Source of the DNA: a virus
Taxonomy: Duplodnaviria > Caudoviricetes
Direction: 5' to 3' (one strand)
IMG/VR virus record: IMGVR_UViG_3300050123_000043
Span: 1-64,000 of that record
Length of the DNA stretch: 64,000 bases
Shown here: piece after piece, positions 33,597-44,514 of the stretch
How positions within the stretch are numbered: the first letter of the stretch is position 1
How the letters are laid out: every line of letters starts with the position of its first letter
Notes under the pieces: generated by a model
The model's input: only the letters and a program-made list of their open reading frames with translations
Told to the model about the DNA's origin: nothing
Databases searched by the model: none
Translations under genes and position numbers: made by a program

Positions 33597-35540
33597 ATGG
33601 GAAACGCTAAATCGTTTAGAGACGTATTTGTTGTAAACAACCCCGCTCTCTTAGGATCAGGTGCAAGTTCAGACTCATTGGCAATTAGCCAAATCGGTAT
33701 TTTTAACTATGACGTTAAAAAGGATCGTTTGTCAACAAGTGCTCCGAATTATAATGTGGATAAAGCTATTCAGCTTATTGTTGGTACTCCTGAAGTACCT
33801 ACCAACTTGCTTGGTGCAATAGCTGATCAAAGTAAAGTTTCTAAACCTATTAAAGGTAAGAAAATTACAAGTTGGAGTGGTCGTGCTGCTCAACGTGGTC
33901 AAACTCAGATATTAACCGTTGGTTATGATGGTTTTGATACGTTTAAGACGATTCGTTCTCATTGTAATGAACATAAAACCGTGTTTTTGAAATTGTCTGG
34001 TGGACCAATTGACCAGGGATTCCATACTGAAGGTCGTGGCCTGGTACGTGAATATTCTATCTTCAGTGGTTGCTGTGATGATTGCGGAACTGATTGTGAT
34101 GATGTATCTGCTGAACGTATGGCTGAAGATTTAGTTCGCCAAATTAATACTGACCCTATTTTATCTTTGGGTTCAGCTACAAATCATCCCTATTCTCAAA
34201 AGAGCTTTACTAATAGATTAGTAAGAGCTAAAAAGATAACTGCCTCTGCTCCTCCAACTCCAATTTCAACATGTACTGGATATTTATTGCCAGTTTGTGA
34301 TAATGGTGATGATACTTCTCTCGGTGCAGTCCAGGCTCAATATCCTGGTGTACACATTAAAAGGCTAAGTAGACTTGGTTCTACCTCTACATATGGACAG
34401 GTAATTCCATCTACATCTCCGGCTCCGGCTGCTTTTAATGATTCTGGTATTCCTATCATTACTGATTGTCCTACATGTCCTTCTGGATATACTGAAGTAA
34501 ACGGACAATATGTTACTGAAGTTACTCGTGTGGATGCTGGTAATTCTGCTGCTTTGATTGCAGTAACTAACGCTTATGGTGCCACAGGTACAACTGCTGT
34601 TGTTTCTCGTATAATTTATCAATTCGGTACTTCTACTTATATTTTGGTTACTCCTTTTGAGATAACTTCTCCAATCGGAAGTGATAGTATATTAGAACTT
34701 GGTCTTACTCGTAATAGTTGCGTGTTGACTACTCCGATTACTATTCCTTGGAATGTTGGTGCCACCTTCAATGTATTTGGTAGAACATATTCTATAACTT
34801 TAGAAGATAATGTTTGCGGAGTAAGTCGTTTGGCTGAACTGCAAACTGCTTATCCTGATCTCGTGATCATAGATAATGGCCCTGGTACTGGTGGTGGTGT
34901 ATGCGTACACAATTTCTCTACCGTTGTATCTTCTAACTGTGTAGAACCTGGATGTCCAGCAGATGCTCCAATTTTTATTGCTCCGGATGCTTATCTGGGA
35001 ATTTCTTGGAAAAGAGCATTTGATGCTGATACCGCTACAGTAGTTGGTGTTGTTGTCGAAGCTGCATATGTTGACTTAATCGCCAGCGAGTGTGCATTCA
35101 TTTTCTGGAGATATGATGCTGAACCTGTGTTCATTGAAATTTCTCAACATAGCCAGAATTATAATGACAATCCAACAACTTGTCATGATGAATGGCCTAC
35201 AACTGAAATTCAGCCTGTTAAGTTACCAATAGGTGTTGGTAGCCAGGTTCGTGAAGAAGAAGCTTACTTCAAAGGATACGAAAGAAAGTACTGGGATATT
35301 AATCCTATCGTTCGTCAATATCAGGATTCTCTGTTACAGGCCGATCCGTTGAGATATTACGATCAGTACACAATTGGATTTGAATTTGATTACCACGAAT
35401 TCTGGTTCTCTGAAAAGTTTACTGACAGCTATCGTGTTGAAGTATATTTCCCAGAAGGAACCGGTGGTGAATTCCAGAACGCAATTAATTCATACGTTGC
35501 GAGTGTTGGAATTGACCTGGACCCTGTGGTTATTGTATAA
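33597..35540 (+). CDS. Virion structural protein (auxiliary capsid-like)
   Basis: 647 aa, Cys-rich, high-expression codon bias, GVGSQV..E..YDQY C-terminal motif. Confidence 0.55.
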   Translation: MGNAKSFRDVFVVNNPALLGSGASSDSLAISQIGIFNYDVKKDRLSTSAPNYNVDKAIQLIVGTPEVPTNLLGAIADQSKVSKPIKGKKITSWSGRAAQRGQTQILTVGYDGFDTFKTIRSHCNEHKTVFLKLSGGPIDQGFHTEGRGLVREYSIFSGCCDDCGTDCDDVSAERMAEDLVRQINTDPILSLGSATNHPYSQKSFTNRLVRAKKITASAPPTPISTCTGYLLPVCDNGDDTSLGAVQAQYPGVHIKRLSRLGSTSTYGQVIPSTSPAPAAFNDSGIPIITDCPTCPSGYTEVNGQYVTEVTRVDAGNSAALIAVTNAYGATGTTAVVSRIIYQFGTSTYILVTPFEITSPIGSDSILELGLTRNSCVLTTPITIPWNVGATFNVFGRTYSITLEDNVCGVSRLAELQTAYPDLVIIDNGPGTGGGVCVHNFSTVVSSNCVEPGCPADAPIFIAPDAYLGISWKRAFDADTATVVGVVVEAAYVDLIASECAFIFWRYDAEPVFIEISQHSQNYNDNPTTCHDEWPTTEIQPVKLPIGVGSQVREEEAYFKGYERKYWDINPIVRQYQDSLLQADPLRYYDQYTIGFEFDYHEFWFSEKFTDSYRVEVYFPEGTGGEFQNAINSYVASVGIDLDPVVIV

Positions 35541-35562
35541 TAATTTTATGATTTAGTTTTTG

Positions 35563-35609
35563 AGGCACTGTGGAAGTGGTATTTAACCTGACCACAGTGC
35601 CTTTATTTT
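35563..35609 (+). terminator. Intrinsic terminator
   Basis: AGGCACTGTGG...CCACAGTGCCT followed by TTATTTTT. Confidence 0.7.
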
Positions 35610-35662
35610 TAATATTATTTATTCATATTAAATTTTATCAGTTTTTTAAAACTGTTCTAGTT

Positions 35663-36367
35663 ATGCCAAAGATTTTAGATTTTCCATCTCAGTTGCATTT
35701 TCATACAGATTCAAGAAAATCTGTATTTTTAAGAGAACTTAAAAAGATTTTTATTTTTCTTGGAGTTCCTTTTTCTGATCCGTGTTGTGATAACAATCCC
35801 ACACCTCCGTCATATCCGGTTTGTACAGATGGTACTACAATACTAGGAAACGGTCTTGCTGGAAACTGTCTTCGTGTTGGTACTCCACCTCCTTCTTTTG
35901 GTGGACCATTTACTAATTTTTATGGTTTGACAGCAGGAACCGGTAATGGTGGTCCAACTGATTATGCTGCAACAGTTGCAGTTAAAACTTCAGTTGGAAC
36001 AGGTAGAGTTCCGTTTCCAAGAAGCGGTCCAACTACAGGTGCTGCAACTAATATTGATGGTTCAAGTTTTAATTTACCTAATATAGGAATATATGAAGTT
36101 ACTTTTGATGTACAAACTACTGAACCGGGTCAGTTAGAACTTGAGCTTAATGGTGCTGATTTACCAGCAACTGCTACAGGTAATCAGAACCCAACTTCTG
36201 GTGGACATCTATTCAGTGCTACATTTATTATTACAACTACTGTAATCAATTCAGTATTGGCTGTAATTAATCCTGAAGGTAACTCACCAGCGTTGACAAT
36301 TGTTCCTGCTGATGGATCAAGCACTCACGCAAATGCTCAGAATTTGATCATTAAACAGATTGGATAA
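35663..36367 (+). CDS. Fibre-like protein with BclA-CTD/C1q-like C-terminal domain
   Basis: VPFPR..FNLPNIGIYEVTF..GQLELELNG; paralogous to 37495-38529. Confidence 0.6.
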   Translation: MPKILDFPSQLHFHTDSRKSVFLRELKKIFIFLGVPFSDPCCDNNPTPPSYPVCTDGTTILGNGLAGNCLRVGTPPPSFGGPFTNFYGLTAGTGNGGPTDYAATVAVKTSVGTGRVPFPRSGPTTGAATNIDGSSFNLPNIGIYEVTFDVQTTEPGQLELELNGADLPATATGNQNPTSGGHLFSATFIITTTVINSVLAVINPEGNSPALTIVPADGSSTHANAQNLIIKQIG

Positions 36368-36448
36368 TAATATTTTTAAGCAGAAGATGTATGGTTTGAG
36401 AATCCGTTTAACTTCTTCTCCAAACTATACAAAGCAAAAATAATTAAT

Positions 36449-37033
36449 ATGCCATTAGGATTATATCGTAATAATTTAGATTTTGAGATATTAGAAACTG
36501 GAAATCCATCAACATTAGTTTTTGTAGATTCTTCACAATATATCGAACCTCCTGATAAACCTCTGCTTGAGGTTTTTATCCCAGGGTATTCTAAATACCT
36601 ACTCGTTAATATAATACCTAATCAGGTAAATACATTCAATTCTAGCACACTTAGATTATCAGAATCTTTAAGTATAAGTCATTTAACTATTCTTCCAGAT
36701 GGAGTTTGGAATTTTAAATATAAGATTTGTCCTTATGCCTATGTCTTTATTGAAAAGAGCACAATGAGAACAACTCTTATAAATAAAAAATTAGATAGAG
36801 CATATAATGAAATTGATCTTGAAAGATGTACTGATAAAACAAGTACATTTATTTTAGATCAATTAACAAGAGTTCAAATTTTAATTAGAGGATCAAAAGC
36901 AGTTGTGGAAAAGGATCAAAAAAGAGCGTCTGAATATTATAACCTGGCTGATAGATTATTGGATCAGGTATTAGATAAATTTTGTAAAAATTGTAGTCAA
37001 TGGGGTGCTCAACTTGCGGGAAACAGGGAGTAA
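36449..37033 (+). CDS. Putative tail hub/structural protein
   Basis: LPDGVWNFKY motif; synteny. Confidence 0.5.
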   Translation: MPLGLYRNNLDFEILETGNPSTLVFVDSSQYIEPPDKPLLEVFIPGYSKYLLVNIIPNQVNTFNSSTLRLSESLSISHLTILPDGVWNFKYKICPYAYVFIEKSTMRTTLINKKLDRAYNEIDLERCTDKTSTFILDQLTRVQILIRGSKAVVEKDQKRASEYYNLADRLLDQVLDKFCKNCSQWGAQLAGNRE

Positions 37034-37329
37034 GTCCTCAACCTTATCAGTTTAAATATGTCCCTAATAATCGGATACAGATAGAGCCTCAAGTTGATGA
37101 AAATTGTGAATACACAACAAGTCAACTTAATATATGGCTTTCTAAGTTAATTTGTTGTAAGGATACAGGTCTTTATGTAACATTAAAGATCAAGGCTTCA
37201 AATTTAAACAAATATTTGGGTATTGTAGGGTCGGCAATAAATTATAAATCCCATCCTTGTTGGTTTAAAAAAGAATTAGATAATATTGCGAATATAATAA
37301 TTATTATTGAAAATAGTGGGAAATGTTAG
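37000..37329 (+). CDS. Cys-rich structural/hypothetical protein
   Basis: MGCSTCG start. Confidence 0.55.
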   Translation: MGCSTCGKQGVSPQPYQFKYVPNNRIQIEPQVDENCEYTTSQLNIWLSKLICCKDTGLYVTLKIKASNLNKYLGIVGSAINYKSHPCWFKKELDNIANIIIIIENSGKC

Positions 37330-37508
37330 ATTTGAATCAAAAATTTATTTCATTAGCGGAAAGTGTGAGGGCAGAAGCTCTTTATGATATGGCTTTTATT
37401 ATTAGCGCGAATGAATTTCATTCATTAGACTTTTTTAAAGAACTATCTGATCAACGTAATTTAAACTTTAACATCTATACAAATCATATACAGAATGCTC
37501 CTTTGTGA
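37323..37508 (+). CDS. Hypothetical protein
   Basis: Small ORF coupled to both neighbours. Confidence 0.4.
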   Translation: MLDLNQKFISLAESVRAEALYDMAFIISANEFHSLDFFKELSDQRNLNFNIYTNHIQNAPL

Positions 37509-38529
37509 TAAATCGAAATATAATTGTGGATTAATAATTACTTCATCTTGTGTTCCTTATACGGGACATGATTTGACCGTATTAAGAGATCCTTCCTTAT
37601 TACCTTGTAATGCAAACATTAATGAGGTTATAGGAGTTTTTGATTTTGTTTTAAAAGAGGTTATAGATGGTAATGATCTTACAAATTTAAATGCAAGATG
37701 TTTAGCTTTTACTCCTTCTATTGTAAAAATAAATCAACTTCATCAAATTGAAATTGATCAGATTTGTGCTAATAGCGCGTCCTTAGCTTCGTTACAAACG
37801 CAATTTAATGACTTAAATATTGGTACAGAACCTATACAAATAAATTTGTTGTGTTTGACTCCAGCCGCTGCTGCTTGTTTGACACCGCCTAATACTTATC
37901 CATTAATTGCTGTATTAAATACATTTGTTAATGAAATTTGTACATTAATAACAGACGTTGCAAACATTTCAATACCTCAAATTTGTACAGACGGTGTTAC
38001 AATACTGGGAAATGGTACACTAGGTAACTGTCTTCGTACAGGAACCGTTCCTCCTTCTTCTCTGCCGTTTGCTGATTTCTTTGGATTAACAGCAGGAACG
38101 GGGAATGTTGGACCGACTGATTATCCGTCAACTATTCCGGTTAAAACGTCTGTTGGCACTGGTAGGGTTCCATTTCCAAGAAATGGAGCAACGATTGCTG
38201 GTGCGGCTACAAGAATTGATTCGTCAAGTTTTACGTTACCTAATGTTGGAACTTACGAAATTATATTCTCAGTTCATACAACAGAACCGGGTCAGTTGCA
38301 AGTTGAATTGAATGGTGTTGATATATCAGAATCGGTTACTCCGAACATGAATCCGACTGCGGGGGGACATCCTATCTTTGGTTATATTATTGTTACGACT
38401 ACTTTACCAAATGAAATAGTGGCAATAGTTAATGCTGACGGTAATTCAACAGCATTGACAATTACTCCTCCTAATGGGGCAAACACTCATGCGAACGCAC
38501 AAAGATTAATAATTAAACAAATTGCCTAA
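37495..38529 (+). CDS. Fibre protein with BclA-CTD/C1q-like C-terminal domain
   Basis: SSCVPYTG fibre motif, coiled coil, duplicated C-terminal domain. Confidence 0.6.
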   Translation: MLLCDKSKYNCGLIITSSCVPYTGHDLTVLRDPSLLPCNANINEVIGVFDFVLKEVIDGNDLTNLNARCLAFTPSIVKINQLHQIEIDQICANSASLASLQTQFNDLNIGTEPIQINLLCLTPAAAACLTPPNTYPLIAVLNTFVNEICTLITDVANISIPQICTDGVTILGNGTLGNCLRTGTVPPSSLPFADFFGLTAGTGNVGPTDYPSTIPVKTSVGTGRVPFPRNGATIAGAATRIDSSSFTLPNVGTYEIIFSVHTTEPGQLQVELNGVDISESVTPNMNPTAGGHPIFGYIIVTTTLPNEIVAIVNADGNSTALTITPPNGANTHANAQRLIIKQIA

Positions 38530-38544
38530 TTAAAGTTATATACT

Positions 38545-39315
38545 ATGTGGAACAATAATAATGGATTTTTACATTGCGACTCTTGTGGTGGAAGAGGCTG
38601 TGATCGTTGCCGTGGAAGTTATCCCTTTCCTGCTGAACCGTGTAGTCCACGTTTTTTATCATGTGGTAATGATGGATGTCCAATTTTATTAGATACTTCT
38701 TGTTCTATTTATCATAAAAATAAGAATCAAATTTCAGGTTTAATTAATTTGAATTTACCAAACGGATCTACTCTTCAATTAATACTTGAAACTATTGATG
38801 CTCAGTTAGGAAGCCTAAATGTTAATAATTGGAATATTCCTTTCTTAAGATCTGTTCCCTATACTATAAATAATTTGCCACAATTTGCTGGTGCCGTGGA
38901 TAGTGAATTTTCATTAATCGCTGGACAGATCGCTACTTTACAAGCTGATGTAAATATACCAAATACTTCTACAGATACTTCTACTGTTCATTTTGTTTTA
39001 ACGGGAACACTAAGTAGAAATATAAGTGCAGATGTAAAAGTATCGGCTGTAGCAGGTAATCAATTATCTATTCAACCGGATGGATTGTTCTCCCAGGCTC
39101 AAAATCTATCAATAGACTACATAGCCAAGACCTTGACCATTACAGACGGCAATACAGTAGACTTTTCATCTATTGTTAATGGTAATGCTGGCTTCTTAGG
39201 AAACTTTACGGGATCTGATCCAACGGCTACTGACGGACAATATTGGTATAGAACAGATACTACTCAATTGAAAATAAAAGTAGGTGGAGTTGTGAAAATA
39301 ATAACCATAAGCTAA
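38545..39315 (+). CDS. Tail fibre-like protein
   Basis: GCPILLDTSC, GNQLSIQPDGL and DGQYWYRTD fibre motifs. Confidence 0.6.
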   Translation: MWNNNNGFLHCDSCGGRGCDRCRGSYPFPAEPCSPRFLSCGNDGCPILLDTSCSIYHKNKNQISGLINLNLPNGSTLQLILETIDAQLGSLNVNNWNIPFLRSVPYTINNLPQFAGAVDSEFSLIAGQIATLQADVNIPNTSTDTSTVHFVLTGTLSRNISADVKVSAVAGNQLSIQPDGLFSQAQNLSIDYIAKTLTITDGNTVDFSSIVNGNAGFLGNFTGSDPTATDGQYWYRTDTTQLKIKVGGVVKIITIS

Positions 39316-39328
39316 ATTAATTAAAGAT

Positions 39329-40708
39329 ATGTGCTCAATTTGTGGACGGCCTGATTATGTAAGATGTGATTGTCAAAGCGCACAGCCTTTTTGTGACCAG
39401 TGTGCTGAGGATAGTGTATGTCTTGATAAATTAGATTCAGCATGTCTTATATATCATTTTGGTAATCCTGCTTTACCTACTCGTCTTATTAATTTAGATT
39501 TACCTAACGGATCATCTGCTCAAACAATATTTGAAGCTATAGATGCAGCACTCGGTAGATCTGGAAGTGGCCCATTATCATCAACCGATACTAATGCGAT
39601 TCATCTATTATTAGACGGCCCAGGTAATCGTCATATAACTGCTACTTTAATTCTTTCTGCACAATCAGGAAATACCGCTGTAATAAACAGTGATGGTTTA
39701 TTTGTTCCTCTCCCAAATAATTTATATAAGGTTCAAGTTGATGGAAGTCACATTCCATATTATCTTGAAGATGCTCTTATTGGAGGAACTGATGGAATTG
39801 TATCTCTTAGTTTTGAACCATCAAACGGAATATTGTTTGGATTACCGTCAATAAATATGACGGCTGTTGTAGATGCTATAACAGGAAATCAGGCATTGAT
39901 AGATTCTTTGTCGGGTTCTATACTAAATGATCTATTAAATAATCCTTCATATTTCTCTCAATTACTGGGTGCAATTGAAACTGGTATATTAAATGATCCT
40001 AATTTCATTACTGCTCTTACTCAGGCTATCTTGAATAACCCGGCAGCTAAAGCACTGCTTTGTAGCGAACTTGAAGCTTGTCTTAATCCAACAGGAAGCA
40101 CTTGTAATGCCCCTATAATTACTGATGCAACAACAATGATTTCAAGTACCGGAGGTACTGTTGTATTGACTATTACTTACACAGATGCTTCTCCATTACC
40201 TGATGACGGATACTTAGTATTCTATAGAAAGTTTGGAAGCTTGGGTGCATATACATCTGCTGGACCATTCCCTAATAGTTCAAGCCCGATTATAATACCT
40301 GGACTTTCTCCTTCCGATTATGAAGGTTATGTGGAATCTGATTGTGATGGATCATTCAGTAGTGGTGCAACATTTGTAACAAATGATTATTATAATGTTG
40401 ATATAACAAATGATCTTCCAAATCTGGTTATAACAAACGTCACTGGAATAGGAGGCTTCACATTTAGTGGACCGGTTCCAGTAGGTGGAAGAGATACAGG
40501 AGTTCATACAGCATTTACAGCAATTATTCAGGTTACTACAACAGGAATTGCGGCAATAACTGGAAATCTGGCACTCGTTAGAAACGGTATAGTTATAGAT
40601 TGTATAAATATACCTTCATCTACTACTCCAGGAGTATTAACCTTTACTTCACAAACCTTTGTTGGTACCGATCTTATACAGATTGAGCTTAATACAGGAA
40701 CTTGTTAA
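39329..40708 (+). CDS. Tail fibre-like protein with FN3-like domain
   Basis: GNTAVINSDGLFV; YLVFYRK..GLSPSDYEGYVESDC. Confidence 0.6.
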   Translation: MCSICGRPDYVRCDCQSAQPFCDQCAEDSVCLDKLDSACLIYHFGNPALPTRLINLDLPNGSSAQTIFEAIDAALGRSGSGPLSSTDTNAIHLLLDGPGNRHITATLILSAQSGNTAVINSDGLFVPLPNNLYKVQVDGSHIPYYLEDALIGGTDGIVSLSFEPSNGILFGLPSINMTAVVDAITGNQALIDSLSGSILNDLLNNPSYFSQLLGAIETGILNDPNFITALTQAILNNPAAKALLCSELEACLNPTGSTCNAPIITDATTMISSTGGTVVLTITYTDASPLPDDGYLVFYRKFGSLGAYTSAGPFPNSSSPIIIPGLSPSDYEGYVESDCDGSFSSGATFVTNDYYNVDITNDLPNLVITNVTGIGGFTFSGPVPVGGRDTGVHTAFTAIIQVTTTGIAAITGNLALVRNGIVIDCINIPSSTTPGVLTFTSQTFVGTDLIQIELNTGTC

Positions 40709-40758
40709 TAAATTAAAAGGACTGAGTTTTGTTGGTTTTTTCTCAGCACTCTTTATAT

Positions 40759-40784
40759 CCCCCGTTTCTACGGGGGTTTTTTTT
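40759..40784 (+). terminator. Intrinsic terminator
   Basis: CCCCCGT-TTCT-ACGGGGG plus T-tract. Confidence 0.85.
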
Positions 40785-40855
40785 ATAACACTTTTTTGTT
40801 ATAATTTCTTTGTTTTACCGATAATTGTATTATCTTTGTACAAAATGTGTTCATT

Positions 40856-42199
40856 ATGGGTAATAAGGAAACTTTACGTCAACAAGTTAATGAGTTTATT
40901 AAACAAAATCCTATAAAGTACAGAGAAAGAGGATGTTATAATGAATGTGCTGAGAAGTTTGGATTGACTGCTGAACAGGTTAGGAGAATATATAGAACTT
41001 TGAGGAAAAGAGCGTCTGTTAATTATTATCATGTGGAAATTCCAGAAAGTACTTTAACAACAGCTTCAAATAGTTTTAAAGAAAACGTTAAAACCGGAGA
41101 AGCTGATCTTATAACTGTCACTAATAAGCGTATCAAGACCCTGGGTGATCTTATAGCAATTTGCGAGATAGATCTTGAAATCTGGGACATAATTACATGG
41201 GAATGTAACAAATGGGAGGTCGGTGCCAAGAACGCAGCTAAAGAAATCGTTGTATCGCCCCTTTTCCAGGTCAAGGCGAAGTTATCTCGTAGGAAGATAG
41301 ATACTGACCTTCGTTTACAGAAAGAGGCCCTCCTTGAGGAGCTAAAGGGCTTTAAACCCAATTACGATCTGGATGTCATTAATCGTATACATACCGGGAT
41401 TCTGAGACCGGATAATCAAAGGCTCCTGGAGATCTGTATTTTTGATCCTCACTTTGGTAAGCTGTCCTGGAGAGAAGAAGCCGGGGAGGATTATGACATC
41501 AAGATCGCAGAAAAGAGGGTTAAGGACGCAATTAAAGATTTACTGAGCGAAGTTAACCTATCTACAGTTGAAAGAATCCTGTTACCCCTTGGTAATGATC
41601 TCATTAACGTAGACAGCAGCAATAATATGACTTTCGCTGGTACCCCACAGAGCACCGATGTAAGGTATCCTAAAATAATCAAGGTCGTTCGTAGAGTCCT
41701 GACCCAGATCATTTTAGATCTTTCCCTAATCGCTCCTGTGGATGTGGTAATTGTACCAGGGAACCACGATACGATCTCCTCCTTCATGATGGGAGAGATC
41801 CTGGACGCTACATTTTCCAGTAACCCGCGTGTAAACGTGGATAACGGTCCAAAATTAAGAAAATACTACAGATACGGTCTAAATTCTTTTCAATTTTCTC
41901 ACGGAAATGAAGAGAGGCATGAGGCTCTTGGATTAATCTTTGCTACAGAAGAAAAGAACCTTTGGGCGGCAACAAAGTTCAGATTCTCGCAACTCGGTCA
42001 TTATCATAAGAATAAGAAGATCAATTATGTTAGCGTGGATGAACACCAGGGATTCCAGATTCAGATTTTGCCCAGTTTATCGGGAGTAGATGCATGGCAC
42101 TACAAGAAGGGATACAAATCTCTTCATCAGGCCAAGGCATTACTTTACGATAAAGATAAGGGGCCAGTCGGTGAATTTACCACAACCTCAACCCTTTAG
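40856..42199 (+). CDS. Calcineurin-like metallophosphoesterase
   Basis: DPHFG, GND, PGNHD, HG and GHYH motifs. Confidence 0.85.
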   Translation: MGNKETLRQQVNEFIKQNPIKYRERGCYNECAEKFGLTAEQVRRIYRTLRKRASVNYYHVEIPESTLTTASNSFKENVKTGEADLITVTNKRIKTLGDLIAICEIDLEIWDIITWECNKWEVGAKNAAKEIVVSPLFQVKAKLSRRKIDTDLRLQKEALLEELKGFKPNYDLDVINRIHTGILRPDNQRLLEICIFDPHFGKLSWREEAGEDYDIKIAEKRVKDAIKDLLSEVNLSTVERILLPLGNDLINVDSSNNMTFAGTPQSTDVRYPKIIKVVRRVLTQIILDLSLIAPVDVVIVPGNHDTISSFMMGEILDATFSSNPRVNVDNGPKLRKYYRYGLNSFQFSHGNEERHEALGLIFATEEKNLWAATKFRFSQLGHYHKNKKINYVSVDEHQGFQIQILPSLSGVDAWHYKKGYKSLHQAKALLYDKDKGPVGEFTTTSTL

Positions 42200-42202
42200 A
42201 TA

Positions 42203-42232
42203 TAACCCCCTTTTAGGGGGTTTTTTATTTTT
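42203..42232 (+). terminator. Intrinsic terminator
   Basis: AACCCCCT-TTT-AGGGGGTT plus T-tract. Confidence 0.85.
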
Positions 42233-42331
42233 ATAACAAAATTTTGTGATAATTTTCCTAAATAAGAAAATATTCCATAATTTTGATCATTCTGATCAAA
42301 TTTATCACAAAATTTTGTTATAATTTTTATT

Positions 42332-43024
42332 ATGCCTACCGTTTCTCAAGTAATATCCGATGTAAGACAAGAATTAAATGCCGTAAGTCTGGATGGTTAT
42401 ATACCGGCTAAGTTCATACATTCCAAGCTGTTAGACGCTGCTAAACTATTTATTAAAAGAGAAGCCGATGATCGTAGGCTTTATTTATACCCAAATGTTT
42501 GGGTAACAATTGACGATCTTGAATTGGCCGAAACCGAACTCATAGGATGTGCCGATATTGCAGTTCCCTACTGCACCAAGATAATGAAGTCCACAGTTAG
42601 GCTTCCTGAGATCTATACTACCCGGTATGGTTATCTTTTAAATATTAGTTCAGTAGACTATACAAGGAACTATATTCAGACTACTCCCAAACAATACAAT
42701 TCCATAAAAAATAGAAAATATCAAGATCCTAATCTTAGATATTTTTGGATTTATAATAATCACCTGGTCATTCCGGAGGCAATGGTTAAGTCTGTTACTC
42801 TGAGGGCAATGTTCTGCGATAAGGCTCAAGGTCTTAGAATTGAAGGTTGTAAGGACCCAGGTTGTATTAAGACACTGGAACAGGAATTTACGGTACCCGG
42901 TCATCTTCTTGATAATGTTAAAGATTATACCGTACAAAAAATTGCAGGTGTTAAATTAAAAATACCTAAAGACGAATACCCTAATTTAAACGAAGGTAGA
43001 AAACAAGGGGACGAAACCAAATAA
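42332..43024 (+). CDS. Putative tail ring protein
   Basis: KIMKS..LP, YFWIYNNHL motifs; crAss-like synteny. Confidence 0.55.
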   Translation: MPTVSQVISDVRQELNAVSLDGYIPAKFIHSKLLDAAKLFIKREADDRRLYLYPNVWVTIDDLELAETELIGCADIAVPYCTKIMKSTVRLPEIYTTRYGYLLNISSVDYTRNYIQTTPKQYNSIKNRKYQDPNLRYFWIYNNHLVIPEAMVKSVTLRAMFCDKAQGLRIEGCKDPGCIKTLEQEFTVPGHLLDNVKDYTVQKIAGVKLKIPKDEYPNLNEGRKQGDETK

Positions 43025-43026
43025 TA

Positions 43027-43551
43027 ATGCCAGCCAAAGGATCAGTTCTAAAATACGGGAATAGAGATTACGTGGTTAATAAAGATTTCTATAATAAACT
43101 TATAGAAAAAAACGATATTGGCCTTTCCTATTCAGAGGTATCAAACGTTATAAAAGAACATACAAAAAACATAGCCGAAGTGGTCGAAGATGAGCTTGAT
43201 GGTTTTAAATTACCAAAGGGTCTTGGCTATATCTGTGTAGTCAAATACAAATCTACAAAGCTATCAATAAACTTTAGAAAGACAAAAGAGATTGGTAAAA
43301 AAGTATATTTTACTAATCTTGATACAATGGGTTTTTGCGTATCTGTAAAGTTATTTAGAGTAGGGAGACCAGGTAATAATTCTTTTTATGATCTCTTTAT
43401 GTTTAAGCCTTGTAAAAAGATAATGCAATCTGTTGTAAGAAAATTTAAATTGGGAAAAGTTTATTCAGATTATACTATTTCCGATTTTATGGAAAAAAGC
43501 CGATTAGAAAATTTATATTCTAAAAGGTATAGAAAAGATTTAAAGAAATAA
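43027..43551 (+). CDS. IHF/HU-like protein of the crAss-like tail module
   Basis: GFKLPKGLGYI, INFRKTKE..VYFTN. Confidence 0.6.
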   Translation: MPAKGSVLKYGNRDYVVNKDFYNKLIEKNDIGLSYSEVSNVIKEHTKNIAEVVEDELDGFKLPKGLGYICVVKYKSTKLSINFRKTKEIGKKVYFTNLDTMGFCVSVKLFRVGRPGNNSFYDLFMFKPCKKIMQSVVRKFKLGKVYSDYTISDFMEKSRLENLYSKRYRKDLKK

Positions 43552-43552
43552 T

Positions 43553-44503
43553 ATGGGAGTTATTAATCCAGAAAATACGCTTCAGTTTAGATCCACTGCA
43601 CAACTTTTCAGTAGGGTTAAAGATAAGCTGAAGTCATTTGATTCTCAAAACATGATTGATGAAGGAACCTTCTTTGATCATGTTGCTTATATATTGGGTC
43701 AATTGGGTGCTGCTGTTTATAAGGAATGTGAAGCTGTTATTGAGGTTAGAGATCACAGAGCGGCATTACCTTGTAATTTTAAATTGTGGTATGCAGCATA
43801 CAAATGTCATCGTGGTCATGAGGGACAAGGTGCTCCAGATATAAATGAACAAAACAATTTTGGTCAACCTTTTATATTTATACAACAGATAGAAGAATCT
43901 GTTATTTGTCCTGAAAATTGTTGTATAAGCTGCGATAGAGGTAATGAAAAATCAAGAATAGTTGTAAGAAACTTTGTAAACGGACATAGATTTGAAAATC
44001 ATTTTCATGAACCTATGCCTCTTATTCTTAGTCCAAACGTAAAAGATAAATGTGCTCCTGAGTGTATGAAAGTTGTTCATGCTGGATGGAATGAGGTTAC
44101 AATAGCTGATGGATTTATAAGAACGAAGTTTGACAAAGATTGTATTTATATGCAATACTTCGGTATACCGATTGATAAGGATTATCTTCCTATGATCCCA
44201 GATGAAGAAAGTATTGAAAAAGCAATCGAATATTATATTTACAAAATGCTTTTTGAAGAGTGGTATTTAAATTCAGCCGTTCAGAATATTGTTCAACAAC
44301 TACAATACGCTTCTGCTGAATATGATAAATATCTTACCCAGGCAAGATATTGGTGTAGACTTCCATCATTCCAGAAATGTTTACAGATGGTTAGAATTCA
44401 GAGACAGAATAACAAATTTTATCAATTCAATGTTGATAAAACAGTAGTAGGTTCAAATTATTTTGGATGGGGTGGTGAGCATGGAGGTTATCGTAGATTT
44501 TAA
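43553..44503 (+). CDS. Tail tubular/ring protein (P22 gp4-like)
   Basis: HRAALPCNF, PMIPD..KAIEYYI; directly before the muzzle gene. Confidence 0.65.
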   Translation: MGVINPENTLQFRSTAQLFSRVKDKLKSFDSQNMIDEGTFFDHVAYILGQLGAAVYKECEAVIEVRDHRAALPCNFKLWYAAYKCHRGHEGQGAPDINEQNNFGQPFIFIQQIEESVICPENCCISCDRGNEKSRIVVRNFVNGHRFENHFHEPMPLILSPNVKDKCAPECMKVVHAGWNEVTIADGFIRTKFDKDCIYMQYFGIPIDKDYLPMIPDEESIEKAIEYYIYKMLFEEWYLNSAVQNIVQQLQYASAEYDKYLTQARYWCRLPSFQKCLQMVRIQRQNNKFYQFNVDKTVVGSNYFGWGGEHGGYRRF

Positions 44504-44514
44504 AATAACAATTA

